A stretch of 60,444 nucleotides of DNA from Saprolegnia diclina VS20. Lineage: Eukaryota. The position numbers were made by a program, and so were the translations under genes. The DNA lies in the NCBI RefSeq assembly GCF_000281045.1, contig NW_008246069.1, positions 440,369-500,812 of the forward strand, given 5' to 3'. Shown piece by piece: positions 25,146 to 37,315 of the stretch (its first letter is position 1; every line of letters begins with the position of its first letter). The notes beneath the pieces were generated by a model. The model did not search any database. It had not been told where the DNA came from and saw only the letters and a list, made by a program, of their open reading frames with translations.

Positions 25146-25163
25146 GCAAATGAGAAATGAGCC
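25146..25163 (-). promoter_or_regulatory. Oomycete INR/FPR core promoter element
   Basis: Minus strand GGCTCATTTCTCATTTG closely matches the GCTCATTYYNCAWTTY consensus, just upstream of the GH72 ATG. Confidence 0.65.
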
Positions 25164-26380
25164 ACCCTGGGCAAGACGATCACGCCGGCGTTACGGACCG
25201 CCGTCGCACGCGCGCAATGATTGGTGTAACTGTAGAAGCCAGTTTACGCGTGCTGCCCCTATGCCAGCCCGTGTTGCAGTCGATACATTCTCTATATGTA
25301 TTCGGTACCCTGCTGCGCCTGTCGAACGACGCAAGAGACGGACGTGGTTCTGCTGCTGCCCAGTATGCTACCATACAGTCGATGAATCGAATGGTTTTGG
25401 GGACTCGAATGACAGTGTTTTCAATATGGAATGCATGTCCGAGAAATGCGAGCGAGGTCCATGACCAAGGTACGAGTAGGCTGCGACGATAGTTTGTCCT
25501 TGGACACATTGCTCTTCTCCAACAAATATGGACTCGCACGTTGATTCCAAAGCGGTGACTTGCAGGACATGCGTAGTAGAAGAGCGATTCGACCAGCGCG
25601 ATGTGGGTACGCCGACTGGCTTTCCGCGGCTTTCATAACATCCATCTGTAATGACCGCCGTCCACACCACATTTTGCAAGTTTCCTTCTCGGGAAGAAGA
25701 GGTGTGAGCCGTGTCTCGGCGCATTCATGTACTACTAGTATTTTTGGGTCTAGTGTGGAGGAGATGACAAATGTGCCACGTGGACCACAACAGCTGTTTC
25801 TATCGTGCGGTGCTGCGCCGCCGAAAAGGCAATCTTGGGGACATTTCGGGAGCGCCTTTGCATCAAATACGCTTTCACTGCAGGCCCAAGCCGCCACGAG
25901 GCCTTTGCGTCTCGTATTCGGTACTAGAGAGGATATCAACGAGATACGTTGGCCGCCAGGTGAGGCCTTGAGGAGATGGCTTGCAATGTTGCGATTCCAA
26001 TATCAACCTTGATTACGGTCCTCCCGGGCTACAGCGTCTAGTCAGCGACCACTGTGGCGACAGCTCTCCATTTGCGAGCAAGTCTCCCGTGGACTTATAC
26101 GCCTAGAACACAAGATCCGCGACCGTACCTGGAGGCTTCTGCATCTCGTCCGTTGCGGCAGTGGCACCGTCCTTCTACCTCGACACCAAGCGAGCACTTG
26201 CGTGGCAGAGTTTTAGCGCTATATTTCCTAGATTACCAGAGCTCAATGCTGCAGTCCAATGTAGTCCTTTGACTTATTTCCCTGTTGCACGAAGCTGGTC
26301 GTCCATCCTCGAGCTACTTGTGGAATAGAGGATATATTTAAAGTTATATGCAGCCACGCGCCGATGTGTGAATCGGAGCT

Positions 26381-27409
26381 TTAGTTGCGGCCGCGCTTTT
26401 GGTTGGTCTTGGACCGCGCCATCTTGCCGGGTCGCTTCCCGCCCTTGGGCGCTGCGTTCCGCTTGCCGACGCCCTCGTTGTTGCGCGAGCGGCTAAAGGA
26501 CGACATGTCGTTGGTCGACTTTTTCGAGTTTTTCTTGTCGGCGCGGGTCTTGCCACCCGAGCCCCACTTCTTGTTGGCCACCTCGCGCTTCTTGTTGACC
26601 TTGGGGCGCTTGGCGTCACGGCCGTCGTCGCCGTCGCGCTTGCGCTTGTTGGCGGCGCCGTCGAGCATCTTGTCAAAGCTGCCATCGTCGTCTTCGACAA
26701 CAGTACCGCCCGAGTTGTTGGTGTTTTTCCGCTTCTTCCACTGCTTGACCGCGTCGAGCGTGTCGTTCTTCTCCTGGAGGCGCTGCTTGGTCTTCTGCGT
26801 CTGGAGCTCCTTCGCCACCTTCTTGTGGGCCTGCGACTTCTTGCGCTCTTCGACGGCCGCAATCTTCTTTTGCTCGTAAATGAGCTTGTCCTTGACACGA
26901 GCCATATGCGCGTCCGACTTGAGCATCTCAGCAAAGTAGTCGTCCGGGCGCTTGTACGGCAGCTTCTCCTTGAGGAGGCGCGCCTTGGCGTCCTTGACCG
27001 ACGCAAGCGTCTGGTTGTAGAAGGCGACTTCGCGCTTGAGGTCGTCGTGGGCGTTCGAGAGCTCCAGCGGCACCTTGCACGTGTCGAGGGTTTCGGTCCA
27101 CGCAAACTTTTGCTTGAGGTCGAGGTCGTTGGCAAGGCGCAGCATCGCGTCCTTGTTGTAGATGGCCGAGGTTTCCGCGGCCGCCTTGGACTGCATCTCC
27201 TCGACAAGGCGGCGCTCAATCTCCTCTTCGTCGTCTTCCTCATCCTCGTCGTCATCATCGTCATGCGAGTCGTCGTCGCGGCGCGCCGACATGACAGGCG
27301 TGTGGAGGATCTCCATCTCGCTCGCGGCTTCGGCGCTCACGAGCTTGGAGACGCTGCGGCCGACGACCGCAAGGCTGTCCTTGGCCTTCTTCGAGCCCTT
27401 CTTCGCCAT
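26381..27409 (-). CDS. EBP2: rRNA-processing protein EBP2
   Basis: DDLKREVAFYNQ...PYKRPDDYFAEMLKSDAHMARVK...KWGSGG...KRPGK motifs; intronless. Confidence 0.93.
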   Translation of the reverse strand: MAKKGSKKAKDSLAVVGRSVSKLVSAEAASEMEILHTPVMSARRDDDSHDDDDDEDEEDDEEEIERRLVEEMQSKAAAETSAIYNKDAMLRLANDLDLKQKFAWTETLDTCKVPLELSNAHDDLKREVAFYNQTLASVKDAKARLLKEKLPYKRPDDYFAEMLKSDAHMARVKDKLIYEQKKIAAVEERKKSQAHKKVAKELQTQKTKQRLQEKNDTLDAVKQWKKRKNTNNSGGTVVEDDDGSFDKMLDGAANKRKRDGDDGRDAKRPKVNKKREVANKKWGSGGKTRADKKNSKKSTNDMSSFSRSRNNEGVGKRNAAPKGGKRPGKMARSKTNQKRGRN

Positions 27410-27917
27410 CTTCAAGTATACGAAAATGACATTCGCCGAAATTGCACCAATCGGCCCGTTCAACCAACCATTCGTATTGGAGCGCTCGGAATCCGCGGCA
27501 ACGATTGGCCCATTCAAGATCTAACGAGCCAATCCACAGGCGTTTTATCCGAATCCATCCGGATAACGGGGTTTCAGCAACAATGCATCGGGCCAAGCGG
27601 CGCGGTGCGGGCGAGCGACGTGCAATGACATTCTCTCCTGGCGCGGCTGCAGGCTGCACTTATGACCAAGAAGGTATATTCTTGCTTGCGGTCTACAACC
27701 TGTCTACCTAGCGCAAGACGCTGTATAGCGAGGCCTACCGACTCGAATCGCGGGGCGTAGGGCAGTACGACCCACGATGCCAGGTCCGCAGAGCTCAACC
27801 CGGAGCGACATACACGACACCAACCTCGCACCAGTGCTATATTAGAGCTACTGGGTTCGTAGGCTGCTTTTGTGTCCCAAAAGTGTTTAACGCAAGTTTA
27901 CCATCACATTATCGAGT

Positions 27918-29915
27918 TTACCCGACACATGACCCACGCGTAAAGGTAAACTGCTTGGACGGCGCAAGGCGACAGGAACTGGGCGGCTGAATGTCGTTGC
28001 TTTTGATTTGCCCGAGGATCTTGGGTGCATACGGTCTCCAGCGGGGCGGCAAGAGCGCTGCAAGGAAGTCGTAGACGCTCACGAGGCACAAGACCCCGTC
28101 GTCGTCGTTTTTTGCAGCAGCTTCCGTGAGCACGCGGCGGGTCGCTGGCTTAGCCGCCAACGCGACAAAGCCCAAGCGGGCTACCATGCTCGGCTTGCAA
28201 AAGAGTCGATGGCCAATGCGCACCGTGTCAGCGGCATCGAACGGCAGCGTTGTCGTCCAGTGCGGAGCGCCACAGACCTTGATGAAGACATTGTCTTTGG
28301 TCCAGTTGGCGTCAAGAAGCCACTTGTCACTAAAGAACCGCAACTTGCAGACGCCATAGACCACACTCGCAATATAGCAAACCGCGAGCCATCCAAAGAT
28401 GGCGGGTAATACACCATTGATCGCAGGCGGAATCGCAGCGGTAGCATACGCACCGCATGCACAGTCTTGCCCGTCCAAGTGCAATGTGAGGATGTTGGAT
28501 ACAGAGGCCAGCATATCTTTGTACATTGTGTCGTGCCGAGGTAGCAGATCAAAGAAGAGGGCGAGAAGCCCGGCGTACAAGAGCACCGAAGCAGAACTGG
28601 GTACGAGTCGATAGCGCAGCAGTGCGCGTGGACTCGGAATCGACGAGACAAAAAAGCTAAGCCACAATATACCCCACGCAAAGAGCATGGCGACGACGAC
28701 GACGGCGCAAAACCACACCACTTCACCATATGTCGACGACGCGTCATAGAGCCGGCCAACATCGATAAAGATGGCGGCAGGGTACGCGGTGGCGACGCCG
28801 ATACCGAGAAGCCCACGTCGGCGCTCCAAGCTCGAGATGAAGTCATAGGTGAGCACCGGCTTGTGCTGCAGGACGCCACGGACCCCTTGGAGCGTCGTGA
28901 TGATGTCGGCCGAGCACCCAATGAGCGTCACCGCCACCAAGATCAAGTGCAGCAACTCAATCTCCAACGCATTCGCGACCGAATGTCCACACGCCTTGCC
29001 CGTGACGACAGCAATTTTCGAATACTCACCATAGCACCAGCCTGGCTGGCCTTGCACCTTTGTTGATACGTCGACGATCTGTGCCGTGCACGACGCTTCG
29101 ATACCGTAGTGCGCACCGAGCGGTGTCGAGCGCAAAATGGCGTTGGCACCATCCGCATACGACTGCGAGCTCCCATCGACACCGACGAGGACACGCGCGA
29201 CGTCGTCAACGACACGCGTTTCAATGTCGTCGCTGTCGACAAACATGGTCGTTTGGTTCATTGACGCGTCTGCAAAAACCGTCAAAAGGTACGCGCCTTG
29301 GGGGTAGACTTCGTCGACAGTAGCGCCTTCGAGGAGAACAAGACCAGCGATGGGCTGACCTCCGTGTTTTGGGTTGCATTCTGGATAGCTGTTGTAGCCC
29401 ATGAGCAGCTGGACCGACGCAGAGGACTTGTCATTGCAGCCGACGACGCACGTTGTGACGTAGAGCGTTGATGCCGGCGGGACATCAAGGAGGTGTGCGA
29501 GCTGGTTGCCGGTTGCGATCCACGCAGCGGGCGTCGCAAGTAAGCTCCACTCGTCACGCGAGCACGAGTTGGGGGCAAACCCACTCGACGTCAGACGACA
29601 CGTCTGCGAGAGCGGGCGATAGACGTCGTTCGCCGCGCTATAGAAGAGGAGCCGTCGGTTCAATGCGCCAGCACCTATCGCGACGAAGCTTGTCGACAAC
29701 GAGAACGAGACTGAGATGTAGGCCGTGAGGTTAGCGAGGAGCCGTGACCAGACTTTGAACGAGGCGCGCTTCTTTGCGTCGGTGGACGGCGTGGCGTAGG
29801 CGCGGGTGCCACTGGAGAACCACGAGGCGCCCAGCGTACTAGTAGCGGTGTGCAGCGCGCTGTGGGGCATCGGCGGCGTACCAAGCGATTCGAGTGTGAG
29901 CCTGCGAAACCGCAT
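27918..29915 (-). CDS. Multi-pass transmembrane protein of unknown function (paralog 1); start at 29915 or 29870
   Basis: Long intact ORF; N-terminal TM segment, Cys-containing ectodomain, several C-terminal TM helices; paralog of 40215-42140. Confidence 0.8.
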   Translation of the reverse strand: MRFRRLTLESLGTPPMPHSALHTATSTLGASWFSSGTRAYATPSTDAKKRASFKVWSRLLANLTAYISVSFSLSTSFVAIGAGALNRRLLFYSAANDVYRPLSQTCRLTSSGFAPNSCSRDEWSLLATPAAWIATGNQLAHLLDVPPASTLYVTTCVVGCNDKSSASVQLLMGYNSYPECNPKHGGQPIAGLVLLEGATVDEVYPQGAYLLTVFADASMNQTTMFVDSDDIETRVVDDVARVLVGVDGSSQSYADGANAILRSTPLGAHYGIEASCTAQIVDVSTKVQGQPGWCYGEYSKIAVVTGKACGHSVANALEIELLHLILVAVTLIGCSADIITTLQGVRGVLQHKPVLTYDFISSLERRRGLLGIGVATAYPAAIFIDVGRLYDASSTYGEVVWFCAVVVVAMLFAWGILWLSFFVSSIPSPRALLRYRLVPSSASVLLYAGLLALFFDLLPRHDTMYKDMLASVSNILTLHLDGQDCACGAYATAAIPPAINGVLPAIFGWLAVCYIASVVYGVCKLRFFSDKWLLDANWTKDNVFIKVCGAPHWTTTLPFDAADTVRIGHRLFCKPSMVARLGFVALAAKPATRRVLTEAAAKNDDDGVLCLVSVYDFLAALLPPRWRPYAPKILGQIKSNDIQPPSSCRLAPSKQFTFTRGSCVG

Positions 29916-30217
29916 TGTGATAACAATAGACAATGCTGCAACGTCCACGACACCAGTGCAAAATAACCTCACCCAGTAGCTACGAAACGGCGTTCGATTG
30001 CTCGTTTACAGCCGCTCATTCGTGGTATTTCCTGGTGGACTCCTAAATGACTACTGCGCCACAGCACAAACAATACACATGTATCTGCGTCCTTGCTGTT
30101 GTCGGCTGCAATCATTATTTTTCGAAAACAATTGTGATTTGGTGGTTTCGTGATGCGACGGATCGAACCTTGTTGTAAGGACACACTGGAGGCTTAGAGA
30201 GTAGATACGAACTATGA

Positions 30218-30420
30218 GGCAAGTCCAAAAGTGAATTACAAGAGCTCGCGAGGAGAAGCGCGAGCTCGCTTAGACTTCGGCGCTAGCCGCCGAGCTAACA
30301 ACCAACCGAGTAACCGGTGGTGGCCTTGAGCTGTCGTGTCCATGGCTCACCTGCGGACACGCGAACCGATCTTGACAGCAGTTGTCCGTCTTGGATGGCG
30401 GTTACCGCGGTCAGTCGTTA
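30218..30420 (-). ncRNA. Candidate structured non-coding RNA of unknown class
   Basis: Nested inverted repeats; the ~21-bp outer stem 30296-30316/30399-30420 has substitutions that read as G-U pairs only on the minus strand; additional perfect hairpins. Confidence 0.4.
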
Positions 30421-30774
30421 CAGTAGTACTATGTTGTGGCGTCCATTAAAGTCGCTTTTGCTGTGGATCCAACACACTTGACTGTACAATTTTACAGTAC
30501 TAAGAACTTAGCGCCTGCGACTGCTTTGTATCATGTTGGCTGCTCAATCGTATGCTCCCTGTCGTGTGCTAGCGCTCGTCGGCAAGGCGTCGTAAGGCAC
30601 CATCGGCTCTGGATATGCTGGACTCTAGCGACATTAATCTCGGGCGCGTTCCCAACGTCCTCAGTACAGACTTCGTTGAAGGGTCAACATGGACAAATCG
30701 TGCAGAGTAGATGCAAGGTATTCAAATTTAGAAAAACGATATTCAACTTCCTGGCAGTGCCTAGGAGTACTTCT

Positions 30775-33700
30775 TTACCGCTTGGTGTGGTTGATGTACC
30801 GGAGCGCGAGCAACGCGAGGAGTCGGAAAAAGAAGATGCAGCCAACGACGACAAGGATGTCCATGAGCGCGTCGTCGTAGTACATTTCGTACGTAAACTC
30901 GATGAACTCCTTGACGGTGATGCTGGTCGCATTCATTTGCTGGAGCAAACTCGGCGGCACGTTCTTGAGCGTCTGGCACCCGAGTTGTGTCTTGTCGCCC
31001 GTGCATTTCGCCAGTGTCTGCGACGTCAGAATCGCCACCGAGTACTTTGGCGGCACGATCGTGTAGAGCCAGCGGTAACCACTCGGGATCTCGGACGCGA
31101 TCGGCGTGACACCCATGAAGAGGAAGAAGATCGAGTTGAGGAGGATGCCGGCGAGCGTGGCGACCTCAATCGACGGCATCGCGTACGCCATCATCTGGCC
31201 CATGTAGACGTTCATCAAGACCATGAGCGTGAGGTTGAAGCCGTAGTAGACACACGCGCCCACCGACTCGTTCAGACCCACAAACGGGTAGTAAATGGCC
31301 GTGAAAACGAACGTCGAGACAATCGAGTACGGGATCTCAACGAGCGTCGCGCCGACAAAGTACCACAGCGAATTGTACGTCTGCGCGGCGCGCTCGCGGT
31401 AGAACGACGCGCGCTCTTCGCCAGCGAGCGGAATCACGCTGTTGAACGAGATCAACCCGACAAAGATGGACGTGAGGAAGATCATGCCGACGCCGCCGGT
31501 GGCACCCGAGAAGGTCGTAAAGTCGACGACGCGGAAGACGAGGCCAAAGAGCACCGCGAGGAAGATCGAGATGAAGATGCGCGTGTTGCAGTACGACGGC
31601 GTGCGCCAGTACACGCGGAAGAAGCGCTGCGTCACCATCTTGAATTGGGTCGACGAGGACGCGGCGCGCTTGTTGGCAAACGTCAGCTCGGGCAACGACG
31701 GGTGGACGTTGGCGTGAATCGCAAGCGACGCAGTGAGGTTCCGGCGCTCTTCGGACGCGTTGAAGATCTGCACATAGTCCTTCGGGTGGGCGTTCTTGCT
31801 CTCAACGCCAGCGCCAATGACCTCGAGCATCCACGTCGCGGGGTTGGCCTCGTCGGAAAGGGCTGGCGTGTCGGGAATCGCCTGGAAGTACTCGATCAAA
31901 TGGCTCGCTTTCGCGCCGAGGTCGCCAAAGAAGACGGTCTCGCCGCCGCGCTTGAGGAGGAGGAGCGAGTCAAACATCTCGAACACCTCGGCCGATGGCT
32001 GGTGGATCGTGCAGACGACCGTGCGACCTGTTGAGGCAATCTTGCGGATGCCGGTCATGATGATCTTGGCCGAGCGCGCATCAAGGCCGGACGTTGGTTC
32101 ATCGAGGAAGAGCACAGACGGCGCGGCCGCGAGCTCGACACCGATCGTCAAGCGCTTCATCTGCTCGACCGACGCGCCGCGGATGATCTTGTCACCGAGG
32201 TGCTTCATGTCGAGAAGCTCGAGACATTCTTCAGCAAATGCCAACTTGTCCGCCTCGGGAATCTCGTCCGACTGCCGCAGCATCGCGCTAAACTGGAACG
32301 CCTCGCGGAACGTTGCTGCTTCCGAGTGGATGTCCATCTGCTCGCAGTAGCCGGTCGACCGGCGGATCGCAAGGTCGGTGGCCGGGTACCCGTTCAAAAG
32401 AATGCTGCCTTCGATCTTGCCGCCCGTCTTGCGACCGGCAATGACNNNNNNNNNNNNNNNNNNNNNNNNNNNNNNNNNNNNNNNNNNNNNNNNNNNNNNN
32501 NNNNNNNNNNNNNNNNNNNNNNNNNNNNNNNNNNNNNNNNNNNNNNNNNNNNNNNNNNNNNNNNNNNNNNNNNNNNNNNNNNNNNNNNNNNNNNNNNNNN
32601 NNNNNNNNNNNNNNNNNNNNNNNNNNNNNNNNNNNNNNNNNNNNNNNNNNNNNNNNNNNNNNNNNNNNNNNNNNNNNNNNNNNNNNNNNNNNNNNNNNNN
32701 NNNNNNNNNNNNNNNNNNNNNNNNNNNNNNNNNNNNNNNNNNNNNNNNNNNNNNNNNNNNNNNNNNNNNNNNNNNNNNNNNNNNNNNNNNNNNNNNNNNN
32801 NNNNNNNNNNNNNNNNNNNNNNNNNNNNNNNNNNNNNNNNNNNNNNNNNNNNNNNNNNNNNNNNNNNNNNNNNNNNNNNNNNNNNNNNNNNNNNNNNNNN
32901 NNNNNNNNNNNNNNNNNNNNNNNNNNNNNNNNNNNNNNNNNNNNNNNNNNGTACAAACACGTTTGGAACTCGGACGCCGAGTACTGGTTGATGGCCAAGG
33001 CGCGGATGCACCACGCGAGCGGGTCGATCCAGTAGATCCAAACGAGGTAGTCGGGCATATCGGCCGACGACATGACAAAGCCCGAAAAGAGGATGTAGAA
33101 GAGCACCGACACCATCGAGACGGGCTGTGCGACGTTGAGGTTGGGCGAAATCGACGCGAGAAAGAAGAACCACGTCGTGAACGCGAGGTTGGTCACATAC
33201 AGGAGGAGGAGGTACGTCAAGAACGCACCAACGCTCGACGTGAAGCCCGTGACCCAGTACATGACCGAGCCAAAGAGGATCGTCTCCAGAAACGCAAACG
33301 GCACTTGGGTCGTGCACTGCGCCAAAATGAACGACGACGTGCGGAAGAAATTGGCGCGCTTTTGCTTGTAAAAGATTTCGCGCGCTTCGACGATCGCCGG
33401 GATCATGGGCAGCTGCCCGAGCGCGAGGAAGAGGACCGTCATAAAGATGACGCCAAGCACCATGATGATCTGGTCGGCGTTGACTTGGTAGAACGACGTC
33501 GAGTAGAGGAAGGCCATGACCAGCACCATGATGATGCGGCTCACGACAAACTCGCGGTTCCGCAGAAAGACCATCACTTGGCGCTGGACTAGCGCTTTCG
33601 TGCTCGCCCCAAACGGCACGCGGTACGCCGGCAACGTCGCGAGGTGTGACGTCGCGGCGTCGACAAGCACCGGGTCCGTGGGTGCCGCGAGGTGCGATAG

Positions 33701-34855
33701 CATCGCGGCAAAGATCGCCGACTCTTTAAAGACTGACGCGTATTCGGCCGGTGTGCGCGGCGTGTGCGCGTCGATGCTGTGGGCGACGAGGTACTGGTCC
33801 TGCTCGGGTGTGCCGAGATCGAGAAGAAAGTCGGCGACATCGCGGTGCAAAGGGCACTTGAACCCGAGCGACTCAAAATACGCCAAGCACGTGGCGCGCG
33901 GACCATGGTACATGACATGGCCTTCGTTGAGGAGGAGGACATCGTCGAACAGGTTGTAGACTTCGGGCGACGGCTGCAACAAGGCAATCACAATCGTCTT
34001 CTTGAGCGACGCGGCCATGCCTTTTTGCGCCTTGACAATGTCGAACGTCGCCGCCGAGTCGAGACCCGTGCTGATCTCGTCCATGAACGACACCATCTTC
34101 ATGCCAAACTCCATCTCGCCGACCGTCACGCGCTTGCGCTCGCCGCCCGAGACACCGCGGAGCATGCCGTTGCCGACGATCGTGTCTTCGCAGATCTTGA
34201 GACCCATCTGGCGCGTGATGATGTCGGGGTAAACATGGTACAAGGACTGGATCACGGCTTTGGCCTGCGCGTTCTCGTCCGGCGAGCCGTGCGTAAGCGA
34301 GTCGAGGAGACGGGGCGGCACCGCGGCACCACCGCTGCACGCGTGACCAAAGGCGAGCGTCTCTTTCACCGTCAAGCTTGCGTAATTGAAGTCGCGCTGG
34401 CTCACATACGACGCAAACTGCGGCAGCGTGTTGCCAACGACCTCGAGCGCCGCGCCGTTGTATGTGACGTGACCGCCAATCGAAATGTTCTTTTCCATCG
34501 GGAAGCGACCCGAGAGGAGCTTCATGAGTGAGGACTTGCCCGAGCCGGGTTGACCGAGCACGAGTGTCGTCGTGCGCGGCTTGAAGACGCCGGTCATCGG
34601 ATGCAAAATGTCCTTGCGAATCGAACGCTTGGCGCTGAAGAGGCCCATGACCCCCTTCGTGACATCGTTCAACAAGGTCGGGAGTTCGTGGCCGTCCTTG
34701 GTCGCCACAGCCATGTCAGCGGCAATCGCGAGGTCCTGGAATCGAATTTCAAGTTGCGGAAGTGTCTTGCCGAGCGACGCTTCGAGCTGCGCCGCCAAGG
34801 TGGCGTGGAAGGAGTCCGAGCCGTCCTTGAGCAAGGTGTCTGCCGCGTGTGCCAT
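30775..34855 (-). CDS. Full-size ABCG/PDR-type ABC transporter (NBD-TMD x2), interrupted by a gap
   Basis: GQPGSGKS Walker A, VSGGERKRV signature, MDEISTGLDSA; second NBD with GYCEQMDIH and LFLDEPTSGLD; two TM domains. Confidence 0.95.
32446..32950. other. Assembly gap (505 N) inside the ABC transporter
   Basis: Run of N. Confidence 1.
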
Positions 34856-34862
34856 CGTCAGA

Positions 34863-34879
34863 GAAAATGGAAAAATGAT
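34863..34879 (-). promoter_or_regulatory. INR/FPR-like element upstream of the ABC transporter
   Basis: Minus strand TCATTTTTCCATTTTC just before the ATG at 34855. Confidence 0.55.
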
Positions 34880-35922
34880 CTTTTCTGTCAGATCCATGTC
34901 GTGTGGACACAAGTATGTTTGCCAGTACGAGGAGCCAACATTGGTAGACGATTCGGTCAGATCGTTATGCCCCCATCGACGCGTTGATGATTAGTACGGC
35001 GTAGTTGATCGCGCGAGGAGCTGTATCCGGACAAATGCCGGATACGCAAGCCCAGAGTGACGGTCAATTGGCGGCAACGGTTGTTGGTGTCGAACTCGGT
35101 GGAATTCGATGCACTACAACAGACTGATTTGATGGAGCAGACTGCATGTGCCCGTAATCGCTGACTATGGTAGTCATCCCAAATGTTGGTTGGTGCTCCC
35201 ACCAATCAGATGTGACTAACTACATAACGCCAGACAAAGCTTGCACAAGGGAACATGTAGAGCTCCGTCGCAGTTTTGTCGCCCTGTGAAGTAACACAGC
35301 GCATTCAAGCGAATTTAGTATGCAACGTGACCTATACTGCAGTGGTGCATGGATGATGCGAGGTTGGCGCATCGTAAGCGTTCCGCGAACCAATAGCTTG
35401 CGATGTCGGTGTCGAAGATCAAAGCGAGCTCCTTTATGGCGGCCGGCGCGCTCTTGCCAAAGCGCTGCTCTTCCACGAGCTTGGCGTGAAGCGCCCGGGG
35501 CGACCCGACTTGGGTCACGATCGTGTGAAGATCTCGGAGGAAGCGTCCAGGGATGGAGTACCTCCGCTTCCAGCCTCGGCGGGGCTGACAATTTGTTGCT
35601 AACCTCATGGCCCTTCAGATCCCGGAACGCAGTTGACACGAGTGCACTCCTTTGTTGAATTGGAGCAGTCCCAAGTGGAAGCTTACGCAAAAAATGTCTT
35701 TGGACAGTTGACCACAAAGGATTCGTGGTTGCTTGGTTTCAGAACGTCGTCGTCGTTTGTTAAATACTTGACGGCGTCCATGGGCGCAGAATATTTACTT
35801 TCAGCCAGGCAGTGTTCGTTGAACCGAGTGCCAGTTGGCACTCGACAAGGACGAAATTACACCTCAGCGCACTGTAAAATTGGTCTCTTTGATTATCTTT
35901 GTACTGTGTCTTTGACAGAAAA

Positions 35923-35994
35923 GCCCCTATAGCTCAGTGGTAGAGCGCCTGCTTCGTAAGCAGAAGGTCGGTGGTTCGATCCCGCCTGGGGGCT
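35923..35994 (+). tRNA. tRNA-Thr(CGT)
   Basis: Cloverleaf: GCCCCTA/TGGGGGC acceptor, GCTC-AGTGGTA-GAGC D arm, CCTGC-TTCGTAA-GCAGA anticodon arm, GGTGG-TTCGATC-CCGCC T arm; T run about 35 nt downstream. Confidence 0.95.
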
Positions 35995-36569
35995 AAGCTC
36001 TTAACTCATTCCGAAATGGTTGAGAGGAAATTTTTTATTGTACTTGCGGTCGAACCGGAATTGCTTTTTGTCAAGCAGAAGAGCTCGAGATGGCAAACGC
36101 TTTGCATCGGTAATCTATCTTCGTGTCTCTCGCTCGTTCGGTCGTCGAAAGAGACAGATACCGTCCTTTGCCGATGCACCGGCACGTCGTCATCGTGACT
36201 ATGAATAGTGCTCGCTCCAGTGCCCCGAATATAATTCGAGACAAATGAACCGTTGACTGGGTCGACGAAACAAGAACCACCTTCAATGATGGAACGCTGA
36301 GTTGATAGCCACGCTCACAGACACGCAAATAATGCCGGACCTTAGTATAATAAACGAACAGTGGCAGTAGTCATTGCACATACCAACACCAGTGGCAAGT
36401 TGGCTCGGAACCAAATTCACACTCACACGTGCTTCGACTTTCCTCTAAAAGTTGCAATTGCCAATGGACTCTAGCTTGTGTTCTCTTATCGAAGGAAGCG
36501 TTCAAGGACCACACCGTCGATGCCAAAAAAATGGGCACCGAATGCCACCACCCATGGAATGTAGTGAGC

Positions 36570-37200
36570 GATCGGGCCAAGGCCCGCCAGGCTCGTGCTG
36601 CAAGCTCTACGCCAGCGGTGGTGTCGATACGTCCCGCTCTCGGTACAAGGTCGACTACTTTTCGCGGCAAGCCGTTACTCGTCCTGGGGCATGGCGACAA
36701 CCTCTACTGGGACAGCGCAGGGCCAAGCGACATTCAGTATCGCATGCAAGAGGCTGGCGAGTGGTGTACAACCAGTCGGCATCAAGTGGGTCAACGTTGT
36801 GGGGAGTCACGACATTGGCGGCTCGGACTTTATTTGCGGCGAGCGAGACAATGCGTATCGCGAGTGCAAGGACACGGCCGAGATGCTCTAGTACCTCAAC
36901 CTCAAGTTTTCGCTGCAGCAAAGCTACAATAGCCCGAAGGCGGATCGGTGGCTTTTGAAAGATCACTACTACCTCGAGAGTGACGTCAAGGACGGATTCA
37001 CGGTCGAAATCTACAACGTTGACACCAACTACGCTGAGTCGCACGGTGCAAGCCAAGCCTGCTGCCAGTGCTATGGCTACACGCGCAGAATGGCGTCAAT
37101 CCCAGCGGCGGTGTCTGCATCAGCGTCGCGCCCGGGAAACTTCTCTGCGTCAACGGCAATGTTGCCTTGTACCAACCGTGCTTGAGCGCGATCGAGGTGT
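36570..37200 (+). pseudogene. Calcineurin-like metallophosphoesterase (acid phosphatase type) pseudogene
   Basis: Fragments in shifting frames: PGSCC, LVLGHGDNLYW, KWVNVVGSHDIGGSDFIC, EML*YLNLKF, RWLLKDHYY...IYNVDTN...HGASQACCQCYGY; frameshifts and an in-frame TAG. Confidence 0.75.
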
Positions 37201-37315
37201 AGGGCCACCAGACTCACTGATCCACGCGGCCAAAGATATCGCGAATGTCGACACAAGTTGCCTTCAAGATGCGTACAATGTACAATGTATCACGCGATAA
37301 ATAGCGACGGCAGCC

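Noticed and set aside
25420..26300. 150-170 aa ORFs between GH72 and EBP2
   Set aside because: No codon bias, splice structure or domain motifs apparent
35220..35800. Short overlapping ORFs upstream of the tRNA, possibly a decayed gene or TE
   Set aside because: No recognisable motif or termini; cannot support a call
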